Positions 39,408 through 48,545 of a DNA stretch of 64,000 nt are shown piece after piece. The notes beneath the pieces are model-generated. The model did no database searches. It worked only from the letters and a program-made list of their open reading frames with translations, and was not told the origin of the DNA. Position numbers and translations under genes: made by a program. The first letter of the stretch is position 1. Every line of letters begins with the position of its first letter. The DNA is from Candidatus Multivoradales bacterium (lineage in GTDB: Bacteria; Acidobacteriota; Thermoanaerobaculia; Multivoradales; Multivoraceae). Location of the stretch: the NCBI GenBank assembly GCA_965223325.1, contig CBDCWI010000002.1, positions 3,008,001 to 3,072,000 on the forward strand, written 5' to 3'.

Positions 39408-39637
39408 CAGCGAGCTTCGGAACCCTCGAGAAGCTCCAGGGCCTCGGCGACGTTCGCGACGTCAACTCGCACGCCCAGACCCGCCGTTCGCTGAACGAAG
39501 CGCCGTCGCCGCGGCGGCTGACTCAGACTCCGGCGGATCAGATGGTTGATGGTCTCGCTCAGGCCAGCTCCATTCTTACTGCGAAACTCCTCAACCGCGG
39601 CGGCGACATCGTCCTCGAGGTTTATCGTCGTGCGCAT
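39407..39637 (-). CDS. vapB: VapB antitoxin (RHH/CopG)
   Basis: MRTTINLEDDV...LSETINHLIRRSL; TGATG overlap with vapC. Confidence 0.9.
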   Translation of the reverse strand: MRTTINLEDDVAAAVEEFRSKNGAGLSETINHLIRRSLSQPPRRRRFVQRTAGLGVRVDVANVAEALELLEGSEAR

Positions 39638-39643
39638 TTCAAG

Positions 39644-39683
39644 AGTATAGCATCGAGATGCCTGCATTGAAGCATCATGATGC
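39644..39683 (-). promoter_or_regulatory. vapBC promoter (probably leaderless) with two operators
   Basis: TATACT 6 nt before the ATG; palindromes GCATC-GA-GATGC (39650-39661) and GCATC-AT-GATGC (39672-39683). Confidence 0.75.
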
Positions 39684-39692
39684 GGAGCGCGA

Positions 39693-40289
39693 TCAGGGCG
39701 TCGTTTGAGACCAGCGCTGGGTACCGTTGGATTCGAAACCGTCGACGAAGATCGCGAGCGTGCCAACGGTGAAGTTCTGGGCGGTGGTGATGAACTTCTC
39801 GGCGTCGGGGGTTCCCACCCGCAGCCTGATGGTGCCCCCGGGGGTGTTGTTCTCGTTCTCGAGGATCCAGTCGGGAGTGATCGGTGAGCAGGCCTCACCG
39901 GAGCAAAAGCGCACGACTCCGCCAATGGGGTCGTTGGTGAAGCGAAAAAAGATCGTGTTGCTGGTGGCCTCGAGGAACTGAGTCGCGAGGTTTTCCGACT
40001 CGTAGACCGAGTTGTCGCCACTCAGCGGACCAGTCAGGGTGACCTCGCTGTCAGGGTCGGGGTTGTAGTTCGTCAGCGTGAGCGCCCAGTCGACAACGGC
40101 GCCGGAATCCGTTTCGAGCTCACCGAGGGTGCCATCGGTCTCGATAAAGCCATGGACCAGGCCTCCGCCTTCGATGTCGACGTTGACCGCAAAAACCTCG
40201 GCGCCCGCCCCTGGCGCACCGAGAAGCAGCACGAGGGCTGCAAGTGCAAGGGCGAAAGCGATGGGATGAGATGGACGAAGAGACGACAT
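39693..40289 (-). CDS. Exported hypothetical protein with C-terminal IFVDGFES...WS tail
   Basis: AAGGAG RBS, signal peptide ending AGA-EV, acidic beta-rich body, tail AIFVDGFESNGTQRWSQTTP. Confidence 0.8.
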   Translation of the reverse strand: MSSLRPSHPIAFALALAALVLLLGAPGAGAEVFAVNVDIEGGGLVHGFIETDGTLGELETDSGAVVDWALTLTNYNPDPDSEVTLTGPLSGDNSVYESENLATQFLEATSNTIFFRFTNDPIGGVVRFCSGEACSPITPDWILENENNTPGGTIRLRVGTPDAEKFITTAQNFTVGTLAIFVDGFESNGTQRWSQTTP

Positions 40290-40382
40290 CTTGTTTCTCC
40301 TTGGAAGCTTCAGTAAAAGGCATGCAACCTGGCAATTGAACGCTATCGGGCGCGCCACCCTCCGGCAACCCCCGAGCCCCAG

Positions 40383-40418
40383 CGCGACATGTCCTCGAGA
40401 CGCGACATGTCCTGGAGA
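40383..40418. repeat. 18-bp direct repeat x2, each copy with the palindrome GACATGTC
   Basis: CGCGACATGTCCTCGAGA / CGCGACATGTCCTGGAGA. Confidence 0.75.
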
Positions 40419-41466
40419 TCAGTGCCGCCGTCTGAGTCGCCACCGAAAGAGCGGTTCAGGCGTAAGCTGCGCCGCGTGTGTTTCCCACAGAAGGAAGCGG
40501 TCGAACACTGACAGTGCACCGACCCACAGCTCGTTCCACGCCTCGAAAGCGATCGACGGGACGGGGTCTTGATGGCGCATCCAGCGCCACCCACGCCACT
40601 CGAGCTCGAGCAGGCCACCTTCTTCTGACCACACGAGGCTGTCGCCGTGGGCCGAAGGCGATTCGCTCCAGAAACACGGCAAAATCGCGCGGTGCCTGAC
40701 CTGTGCTGCCAAGAACCTCCTGCGCCCCATCCAACCAGTGCATCGCAACTGCCCGCGCAGACCGGCCCGCGCAGTCGCGCGCATCCTGGGGCCCGAAGAG
40801 GTCTTCCAGCACTCCGAGTGACGTCGCCATGTAGTCGGAAGCGTAGTTGCGATAGGCCTTGGCGAGACGTTCCTCCGGCCACTCGGCGGCAGCAGTACCC
40901 GGAGCACGGTCGGGTTCGAAGCGCGGCATCTCTTCGTCGGGCGCAAAGCGTAGGCGCTCCTCGGGAGCGAGCTCGTCGTCTCCCTCCAGGTAGTAGCCCT
41001 CGAGACCGGGCTGTCCGTCGACTGTCTGCTTGGTGCAGACGAACCCGAGCCGCGGATTACCGAGACTCACGCCGTTGTGGGCATGCCAGCCCCACATCAT
41101 GGCGGCCGAAACCTCTGTAGGAATCCCCGCAATGGCAACGCCCTGCCAGATCCACCGCGGTGGCGGGTAACGCACCCAGGCTTTCCTGTCGGACTCTTGG
41201 TGGTACTCCACCTTGACGCCCCCGAGGGCATTCGAGAGGTAGTGGTACTGAGCACAGGCCACGGCATCGGGCAAACCGTCGAGCCCCAGCTTTCTGAGGC
41301 CGGGCAGGAACTGTTCGAGGTGTTTCGTCCTGAAGAGCTGGCGCACGAAGCGACTGGCGTCTGCTGTGCCGCGGTGGGCGATGAGATGCAGGATCAAACC
41401 GGTCAACCAGTCGTGGTAGAGCTGGGCCGTCGCCTGGATGGCTGGGTCAGGACGGTTGTCGCTCAA
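40419..41466 (-). pseudogene. Conserved hypothetical gene split by an apparent +1 frameshift near 40656 (pseudogene or assembly error)
   Basis: ORF 41466-40456 is protein-like to ...LERIA; removing one T from gcc-TTc-ggc joins it to the other frame (SAHGDSLVWSEEGG...AFEAWNELWVGALSVFDRFL, stop 40419). Confidence 0.65.
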
Positions 41467-41484
41467 GGTTTCATTGACCGGTGG

Positions 41485-42555
41485 TCAGGTCATGCCGCCC
41501 AGTACGGCAACCTCGGTCCCGCAGCCGGTGCGGAGGACGGTCCCTGGTTCGAGGGCTCGCCGCTGGAGCATGGCGAGTGCAGGGACCCTGCCCTCTGTTG
41601 ATCGTGATGCCAGGCTGGTCAACGACCCGGCTGGCCGGTCGTCGAGCAGAAGCTCTGCGCCCACCAGCAGCGACGCAGCAACTTCTTCTTCGAACTCGAG
41701 TCGGCGCAGCTGGCGTGCCGCCTGCCCGCGATAGTGCAAGCGCGCCACGACCTCCTGGCCGAGGTAGCAACCCTTCTCCCAATCGATCGCACCCTCGATG
41801 CCGCTTTCCTGTGGCAGGTTGGCATCGTCGAAGTCCCGGCCCCACGACGCCACACCGGCGGCGATGCGCTGGCTTTCCAGGGCCTCGTGACCAACGAGCT
41901 CGAGGTCTGTGTCTTCGAGCCAACCGGAAACCACCAGATCGGCGATTCCTTCCGAGATCCACGCGACGTAGGCAGGAGCACCCAGGCGCTCATGGCGACC
42001 GAGGTGGACCTGGGTTCCGCCGAGTGTGACGCGCCGATGAGCCCAAGGCGTTGCGAGGACGTCTGATGCCGTATCGACAGCGAGTGTTGCAATCGTTGGG
42101 GAGGCACTCTCGCCGACAATGGCGATCGGCAAGAGCTCGTCGAGCCGCCGTACCTCGACCCGGTCCATCACGATGTACTTCTCGAGGTGCTCCTTGATTG
42201 GCCGCGCACGCCCCGCAGGCAGTTCGAGCCACAAACGATCGGCCAGCGCGCGGACAACGGCAGTGGCCATCACGCGACCCTTGCCGTTGGTCATGAAGCC
42301 GAAGGTTCCTTCGCCTTCTTCGAGAGCGAGGACATCGCAGGTGATCTGGCCTTGCAGGAACCGGGCGCGATCATCGCCGACCAGTTCGAGGCGGCTCCTG
42401 TCCGACAGATCGGCGACACCGCAGCTCTCCTGCAACCGCTGCAGCTCCGCGCGCGCGTCGCCATAGTGGTTCGGAAGCCGGAAACTCGCCACTTCGGCGA
42501 ACGCGGCACCGCGTGCTTCGTGTAGGGCACGAAGCGGCAGGTCACGCGCCGCCAT
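41485..42555 (-). CDS. YgfZ/GcvT-like folate-binding protein
   Basis: DLSDRSRLELVGDDRARFLQGQIT, KGCYLGQEVVAR signature. Confidence 0.92.
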   Translation of the reverse strand: MAARDLPLRALHEARGAAFAEVASFRLPNHYGDARAELQRLQESCGVADLSDRSRLELVGDDRARFLQGQITCDVLALEEGEGTFGFMTNGKGRVMATAVVRALADRLWLELPAGRARPIKEHLEKYIVMDRVEVRRLDELLPIAIVGESASPTIATLAVDTASDVLATPWAHRRVTLGGTQVHLGRHERLGAPAYVAWISEGIADLVVSGWLEDTDLELVGHEALESQRIAAGVASWGRDFDDANLPQESGIEGAIDWEKGCYLGQEVVARLHYRGQAARQLRRLEFEEEVAASLLVGAELLLDDRPAGSLTSLASRSTEGRVPALAMLQRRALEPGTVLRTGCGTEVAVLGGMT

Positions 42556-42562
42556 CGCCGGC

Positions 42563-43294
42563 TCAGGCTTCGGCAAGCCAGGCAACGTCGACCTCTTCGA
42601 GTGTTGCAACGACCCGATCGGCGCCGGCTGCGGCGAGCTCTTCCGCTGAGGCACCACCGGTTGCCACGGCCAGCGATCGCATGCCGTTGGAACGCGCGCA
42701 GTCGACGTCCCAGGTTGTGTCGCCGATCACCAGCACGTCGTCCCCCGCGTAGTCGTAGCCGTGGGCCAGCTGGGCCCGACGAAGAGCAGCCGGTGGCAAC
42801 TCGCGCCGGTCGATGCCGTCGTCGCCAAAACCGCCGCAGTCGAAGAGACCGTCGAGAGCCTTCGAAGCCAGCTTGATTCGCGCTCCCTCCCGCCAGTTGC
42901 CGGTCACCAACCCGAGCTCGAGACCGGGATGCGCCGCAGCTTCACTCAGCAGGCGGTCAACTCCAGGAAACACCTTGACCTTCGACTCGTCGAGACCGGA
43001 CTGCATACGCTCGAGATAGGCAGCCTTCATCGCCGGGAGACGATCGAGCACCTCGGAGCGCGAGAAACCCGCTCCCGTCATCAGGTCGATGACGATGGCC
43101 GGATCGGTGCGCCCGGCGAAACTGGTCGCGGCGAGGTCGCCCGTCTTGCCATAGATCTCGAGCAGGGCGGCGACGAACCGTTCGCCAACCTGGCGACCAC
43201 AGCGCAGGAGCGTGCCGTCGATATCGAACAGCAACAACCTCGTGCGGTTCCGCCGGGCGTCGGTGCCTCGGGTTCCTGGCGCGGTTGTCGTCAC
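42563..43294 (-). CDS. HAD-superfamily hydrolase
   Basis: LFDIDGTLL, GRTD, VTGN, IGDTTWD. Confidence 0.92.
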   Translation of the reverse strand: MTTTAPGTRGTDARRNRTRLLLFDIDGTLLRCGRQVGERFVAALLEIYGKTGDLAATSFAGRTDPAIVIDLMTGAGFSRSEVLDRLPAMKAAYLERMQSGLDESKVKVFPGVDRLLSEAAAHPGLELGLVTGNWREGARIKLASKALDGLFDCGGFGDDGIDRRELPPAALRRAQLAHGYDYAGDDVLVIGDTTWDVDCARSNGMRSLAVATGGASAEELAAAGADRVVATLEEVDVAWLAEA

Positions 43295-44952
43295 GTTTGC
43301 AGCACTCCCGTTCTAAACGCCTCGAGTTCACCCTCCCAGGCAGCGCATCCGAGACTGATGGAGATCGCCTCGCGCGTCTGGCGGGGATCGATCAAGCCGT
43401 CGAACCACATTCGACTGGCGGCGTAGCGCGGGTCCAGCGCTTCTTCGTAGCGCGCGCGTGTATCGGCGAGGAGCTCCTGGCGCTCTTCTTCCGAAACGTC
43501 GTCGCGGTTCTTCAATTGAATCGAGAGCAGGGTGTTGCTCGCCTGTTCGGCACCCATCACCGCTATCTGGGTCGACGGCCAGCCGAACAGGGTGCGCGCA
43601 CCGTAGGCCTTGCCGCACATCGCGTAGTTCCCGGCGCCGTATGAGTTGCCAACGAACACGGTGATCTTGGGCACTACCGAGTTGGCAACGGCGTTCACCA
43701 TCTTGGCCCCGTCTTTGATGATCCCGCCGCGCTCGGCGCGACTGCCGACCATGAATCCGGTCACGTCTTGCAGGAAGATGAGCGGAATGCCCTTCTGGTT
43801 ACAGAGTTGGATGAAGCGAGCCGCCTTGTCAGCCGAATCAGAGTAGATGACGCCACCGACCTGCAGTTCTTTCTCGCCCGGACCGGTCCCAGTCCGTCGT
43901 TCGACGATCTCGCGCTGGTTGGCGACGATGCCGACCGCCCAGCCGTCGATCCAACCCGTTCCGCAAACAATGCTCTTGCCGTAGGTCTTCTTGAACTCGT
44001 CGAACTCGGAGTCGTCGAGGAGACGCGCCAGCAACTCGAAGATGTCGTAGGGGCGCGAACGCTCGATCGGCAAAACTCCGAGCAGCTCTTCGGTGGGGTA
44101 CCGCGGCGGCTTGGCGGCCCGACGCGCAAAGGGCACCCGTACCGGAGTGCTCACCTGACGGAGCCCTCTGCGCACCGCTGCCAGGCAGGTCGCGTCATCG
44201 GGATGGCGGTGGTCGACGACTCCGCTCACGTCGGCCTGCACGATCGCTCCACCGAGCTCCTGGTTGTCAATCGATTCGCCAATCGCCGCCTTCACCAGAT
44301 GCGAGCCGGCGAGAAAGATCGAGCCGGTACCTTCCACGATGTGCGACTCGTCGCTCATGATCGGAAGATACGCACCACCCGCCACGCACGAACCCATGAT
44401 CGCCGCGACTTGATAGACGCCGGCGGCCGAGAGCCTGGCGTTGTTGTAGAACGCGCGCCCAAAGTGGTCGCGGTCAGGAAACAGGTCGGCCTGGAGCGGT
44501 AGGAAGGCGCCTGCCGAATCCACCAGGTAGACGATTGGCACCCGGTTCTCGAGCGCCATCTCCTGCGCTCGCAGGGACTTCTTGGCGCTGATCGGAAACC
44601 AGGCACCCGCTTTGACCGTCGCGTCGTTGGCAACCACGATGACCTCGCGACCGTGGACCCGCCCGATGCCGGTGACCATGCCGGCCGCCGGTGCGCCGCC
44701 CCACTCTTCATACTGGCCCCAACCGGCCCACAGCGCCGTCTCGAGAAACGGAGCGCCGGGATCGCAAAGCGAAGCGATGCGCTCGCGCGCAGTCATCTTG
44801 CCGCGGGCTCGGTGGCGCTCCATGCGTTTGGCGCCCCCACCCAGACGGATCTCTGCCGCCTGGTCCTCGAGGTCTTCGATTCGCCCCAGCCAATGATCGG
44901 TACGCCGGCGGAAGACATCGTCCGCTTTCAGCTGACTCTCAATGAAGACCAC
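43291..44952 (-). CDS. Acyl-CoA carboxylase carboxyltransferase (methylcrotonyl-CoA carboxylase beta-like)
   Basis: RGKMTARERI, ANDATVKAG, GSCVAGGAY, QDVTGFMVG, SYGAGNYAMCG, TGVLQT end; TATAAT 9 nt upstream of GTG 44952. Confidence 0.94.
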   Translation of the reverse strand: MVFIESQLKADDVFRRRTDHWLGRIEDLEDQAAEIRLGGGAKRMERHRARGKMTARERIASLCDPGAPFLETALWAGWGQYEEWGGAPAAGMVTGIGRVHGREVIVVANDATVKAGAWFPISAKKSLRAQEMALENRVPIVYLVDSAGAFLPLQADLFPDRDHFGRAFYNNARLSAAGVYQVAAIMGSCVAGGAYLPIMSDESHIVEGTGSIFLAGSHLVKAAIGESIDNQELGGAIVQADVSGVVDHRHPDDATCLAAVRRGLRQVSTPVRVPFARRAAKPPRYPTEELLGVLPIERSRPYDIFELLARLLDDSEFDEFKKTYGKSIVCGTGWIDGWAVGIVANQREIVERRTGTGPGEKELQVGGVIYSDSADKAARFIQLCNQKGIPLIFLQDVTGFMVGSRAERGGIIKDGAKMVNAVANSVVPKITVFVGNSYGAGNYAMCGKAYGARTLFGWPSTQIAVMGAEQASNTLLSIQLKNRDDVSEEERQELLADTRARYEEALDPRYAASRMWFDGLIDPRQTREAISISLGCAAWEGELEAFRTGVLQT

Positions 44953-45014
44953 GGTGCCGCGATTATAGGGAGCCAAAGGCTCCTGCGGGCGGCGAATCAA
45001 GGCTTCTGATAGAT

Positions 45015-45032
45015 ACATACCGGTTGGTATGT
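45015..45032. promoter_or_regulatory. Putative TetR operator in the divergent promoter region
   Basis: Perfect inverted repeat ACATACC-GGTT-GGTATGT 16 nt before the tetR start. Confidence 0.75.
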
Positions 45033-45048
45033 TACTCTCGGGCCGGGA

Positions 45049-45825
45049 ATGACAAACATGCCAGAAGATCAGATCGAAACCACATCCGCAGGCACATCCG
45101 CCGGAAAGAAGCGCCAGCGCAACCCGGCCGCCACTCGTCAGCGTCTCCTCGATGCGGCAGCACACGAAGTGCATCGTCAGGGCTTCAGGAACTCGGGCCT
45201 CGACGCCATCCTCAGTCAGGCCGGCGTGACCAAGGGTGCCCTCTACCACCACTTCGGCAGCAAACAGGGCCTCGGGTACGCGGTGCTCGATGAGGTCTAC
45301 GTTCCAATGCTGGAACGTCTCTGGATTACACCGCTCCAAGCTTCGGGCGACCCGCTCGACGCCATTGCCGCCAGCATTGCATCCGCACAGGCTCACTTCT
45401 GCGCGCCCAACTACGGTTGCCTCGATGGACCGGCCAACGGCCTGGAGAGTTCTCCGGAAAGTACCGAGAAGTGGCTTCACGGTTGCCCGCTCGACAATCT
45501 CGCCCACGAGATGGCTGACCTCGATGAGGGCTTCCACGAGCGAATCTCTGGTCTCTTCGATCGTTGGCGCCGTGCCCTCGAGGACCACCTCGAGGGAGCA
45601 CAGGAGTTGGGAGAACTACGTTCTGATGTCGTCTGTGCCTCCGCGGCAGCCTTCATTGTCTCCGCCTGCCAGGGCGCCGTCGCGCTCGCCAAGGGCTGTC
45701 AATGTCGCGACACCCTCGGCAGTTGCCTGCGAGAGCTCAACCGCTACCTCGAATCATTGCGACCCTCGCACGTACATACCAATGCAGGCTGCCCAACCTG
45801 CGAAGCGATTCCACAAGGAGAGTGA
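45049..45825 (+). CDS. TetR-family regulator (NemR/YxaF-like), cysteine-rich
   Basis: HTH ILSQAGVTKGALYHHFGSK, GCP motif, 10 Cys including a terminal CPTC. Confidence 0.92.
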   Translation: MTNMPEDQIETTSAGTSAGKKRQRNPAATRQRLLDAAAHEVHRQGFRNSGLDAILSQAGVTKGALYHHFGSKQGLGYAVLDEVYVPMLERLWITPLQASGDPLDAIAASIASAQAHFCAPNYGCLDGPANGLESSPESTEKWLHGCPLDNLAHEMADLDEGFHERISGLFDRWRRALEDHLEGAQELGELRSDVVCASAAAFIVSACQGAVALAKGCQCRDTLGSCLRELNRYLESLRPSHVHTNAGCPTCEAIPQGE

Positions 45826-45829
45826 GGAG

Positions 45830-46333
45830 ATGGCGAACGAACCGTTGAACGAGAACTCCCCAACCGAAATCGGTCCGGCTCGCACAACCGAGCCAACCGA
45901 GCTGCTTCCCAACGGAGAGCGTTGCGCCGAAGCTGAAGTAAGGCTCTCTGAGTTCCTCGATCGGCTCGAAGCGATGGACTTCGCACACCTCGAAAGCACC
46001 TACGCCGAACTGGCACGCGCCATCGACCTCGATTGTGGTCAGTATCTGCTGGGGCCTGAGGCCATCGTCGGCAGCACCCGCAACTGGCGCATGCAGTTCG
46101 ATACTCTCGAGCTGCGTGCAGAAAAAGTCCTACGCAGCGGACGTCGGGTACTGGCACGATGGACCGGCAGAGGCATCGACTCCTTTGGTCGTCGGCACCG
46201 GCTCGAGGGCCTGGAGCTGCTCGAACTCGATGGCGACGAGCGCATCGTGCGACAGTGGGCGATCGGTCGCGACTCGTTGACCACCGGCTGCAAGAGCGCC
46301 GCCAGCGATCCCGCTTCGTCGTCGGCAGCCTGA
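45830..46333 (+). CDS. NTF2/SnoaL-like protein
   Basis: GAGGAG RBS; G-x-E-A-I, RVLARWTGRG, EGLELLELDGDERIVRQW strand pattern. Confidence 0.6.
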   Translation: MANEPLNENSPTEIGPARTTEPTELLPNGERCAEAEVRLSEFLDRLEAMDFAHLESTYAELARAIDLDCGQYLLGPEAIVGSTRNWRMQFDTLELRAEKVLRSGRRVLARWTGRGIDSFGRRHRLEGLELLELDGDERIVRQWAIGRDSLTTGCKSAASDPASSSAA

Positions 46334-46403
46334 CGGCCTTCGCTCGGTCCATTGCAGACCGGAGGGCTGTCGGCGAACGCAGTCGCACCATTACAATCGC
46401 TCC

Positions 46404-47102
46404 ATGCACGTCCGCCTACTGACCTTCGCCAGCGCAAGCGACGCCGTGGGCGCCAACGAACTCGACCTCGAGCTCAAAGCTGGCTCAACGGTCGCCGACT
46501 TGAAGCAACTGCTCGACAGCCGCTACCCGTCTCTTGCCGGCCTATGGTCGCGGCTGGCAGTTGCGGTAGACGGTGAGATCGCAACCGACGATCAGGAAAT
46601 CCCAGAGAACTCGGAAGTCGCTCTACTTCCACCGGTCTCGGGCGGTGCCCCCACTGCTTCGGCCCTCGAGGCGCGCGTCGAACTGGTCCAGGACCCCCTC
46701 GACGTGCAGGCAATCGCCGCGCAGGTCAGCCGCCCGGAAGCCGGAGCCGTGGTGCTCTTCGTCGGCAATGTGCGCAACCACAACGATGGTCAAAAGGTCG
46801 AGCGCATCACCTACTTCTCCTACCGACGGATGGCGAGGCTGCGGCTCGAGCGCATCGTGCGTGAACTCGAGAGTGCACAGGAAGATCTACGCGTTGCCGT
46901 CTCACACCGACTCGGCCCCATCGAAGTGGGCGAAGCCAGCATCGCTATCGCCACCTCGTCGCCGCACCGCGAAGCCGCCTACGAGGCCAACCGACAGGCG
47001 CTCGAACGCATCAAAGCCGAAGTGCCGATCTGGAAGCGCGAGCACTACCGAAGCGGCGCCCATGCCTGGCGCGAGGTCGAGCCCCTCATAGCCGGCGAAT
47101 AG
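46404..47102 (+). CDS. Molybdopterin synthase MoaD-MoaE fusion (MoaX-like)
   Basis: MoaD half ending EVALLPPVSGG, then MoaE GAVVLFVGNVR...HRLG...SPHREAAY...KAEVPIWKRE. Confidence 0.93.
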   Translation: MHVRLLTFASASDAVGANELDLELKAGSTVADLKQLLDSRYPSLAGLWSRLAVAVDGEIATDDQEIPENSEVALLPPVSGGAPTASALEARVELVQDPLDVQAIAAQVSRPEAGAVVLFVGNVRNHNDGQKVERITYFSYRRMARLRLERIVRELESAQEDLRVAVSHRLGPIEVGEASIAIATSSPHREAAYEANRQALERIKAEVPIWKREHYRSGAHAWREVEPLIAGE

Positions 47103-47150
47103 CGTTCGTTCGCGTAGCGCAGGGGAAGGCGCTCGCTCGGTGCCAAGCGC

Positions 47151-48536
47151 CTACTCCGGCAGCATGATCGGACCCCCAGCATCAAGTGCATCGCGCTCGT
47201 TCGCCAGGAAACCTCGGAAGCGCAGCTCGAGGTCGTGGAGTTCGAGGCCCACTTCGTCGGCCAGGTGGTGGACGGTCGGCGCACCGCCACTGGCAACGTT
47301 GGCAAGGAAGCGAAGGAAGCCCGCCCGCCAGCGGCCATCGTCACCTTCGATCAGCCAGGTGATGAACCAGCCAGCCTGGGCGTAATGCAGGCTGGCGCCC
47401 GCCCCCACGAAGCTCTCCCAATCGAGAGCCGCGAGATCGCGCAACGCGAGCAGCTCGGCCTTGGTTACGGCGCGATCGAGGATCGCCAGCGAGGCAAGCG
47501 GGCCGCCCATTCGCACCTGTCGCCCGTCGACCTGGCGAAAGCTCTCGAGCCGCTGCGCACGCGATGCACCCTCGGCGCTTGGCAGGCCGAAGTGGGAGAG
47601 GTCTTCCGCCATGCCCTCATCAAGCCACGGCGGCAGTGCCGGCCCAAGCGCCCTTCGATTGAGTAGGTGCCCAAGCTCGTGAATGAACGAGCTCTCCATC
47701 TCGATCGGCTCCGCCGTCGCCAGAACCACCAGTCCGCCGACCACGTGCCCGGCGCTCTCGAGGCCCCTGATGTCCGCGGTGCGATCCTGAAAGGCCAGGT
47801 AGGCCGGGCGCTCGCGAAAGATCGCCACCACCTCTTGTGGCTCACCGAGTGGCTCGACGGCGTAGCGCTCTCGGTAGACAGCCTCGGCGCGGCTCGCCGA
47901 GTGGGCGAGAGGAACGAGACGGGCGGCTTCGCTTCCGAGATCGTGAACCACGGTGTACGGACCAAGGCGTCCCTCGCCTGGCTCCGGGCCGAGCGCCTCA
48001 CGCACAGCCGCCAGGAGATCTTCGTCCGGCGGGCGCGGAAGTAGCGGCACCGGAGGTGCGACGGCCTCCCCAAGGGGCGGCACCGAAGGCGGCGGCTCGT
48101 CGAGGTCGACCCACACCTGGTCGTCCGAAGCCCAGTCGATACGCGCCCACGACCCACGCCGCTCGAGTACCGCCACCTGCCGCAGGTGCACAACGCGTGC
48201 GATGACTGGAGCACTCCCGATCGGACTCTTCCTCAGTGTCGTGCCGCCACCGATATAGACCTGCGGCAGCGGTGCGGGTGGCGGTGGGTCGTCGCCCGTC
48301 GCTCGGTCGGTGGCTCCAGCCTCGGCGCTCGTCGGCGGCTCGAGGTACTGCAGTCGCGTCCGCCGGAGTGCACGGCCCAGGCGCGGCGATCGCTCGAGCG
48401 TCTCGCGCTCGAGCGCCAGGAGGAAGGGCGCCTCGGGCACGCGGGTCAACCAGGCGAAACCGCCAATCAAGAAAAGGCCCGTCGCCAGAAGCAGCAACAG
48501 GAACGCAGTGCGTACCCGGCTCAACCAAAGGTTCAT
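47151..48536 (-). CDS. Membrane-anchored protein with SH3-like segment and HExxH gluzincin domain
   Basis: N-terminal TM; LRKSP...VLERRGSWARI; FIHELGH...PWLDEGMAE; YAQAG. Confidence 0.7.
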   Translation of the reverse strand: MNLWLSRVRTAFLLLLLATGLFLIGGFAWLTRVPEAPFLLALERETLERSPRLGRALRRTRLQYLEPPTSAEAGATDRATGDDPPPPAPLPQVYIGGGTTLRKSPIGSAPVIARVVHLRQVAVLERRGSWARIDWASDDQVWVDLDEPPPSVPPLGEAVAPPVPLLPRPPDEDLLAAVREALGPEPGEGRLGPYTVVHDLGSEAARLVPLAHSASRAEAVYRERYAVEPLGEPQEVVAIFRERPAYLAFQDRTADIRGLESAGHVVGGLVVLATAEPIEMESSFIHELGHLLNRRALGPALPPWLDEGMAEDLSHFGLPSAEGASRAQRLESFRQVDGRQVRMGGPLASLAILDRAVTKAELLALRDLAALDWESFVGAGASLHYAQAGWFITWLIEGDDGRWRAGFLRFLANVASGGAPTVHHLADEVGLELHDLELRFRGFLANERDALDAGGPIMLPE

Positions 48537-48545
48537 CGCGCGTGC

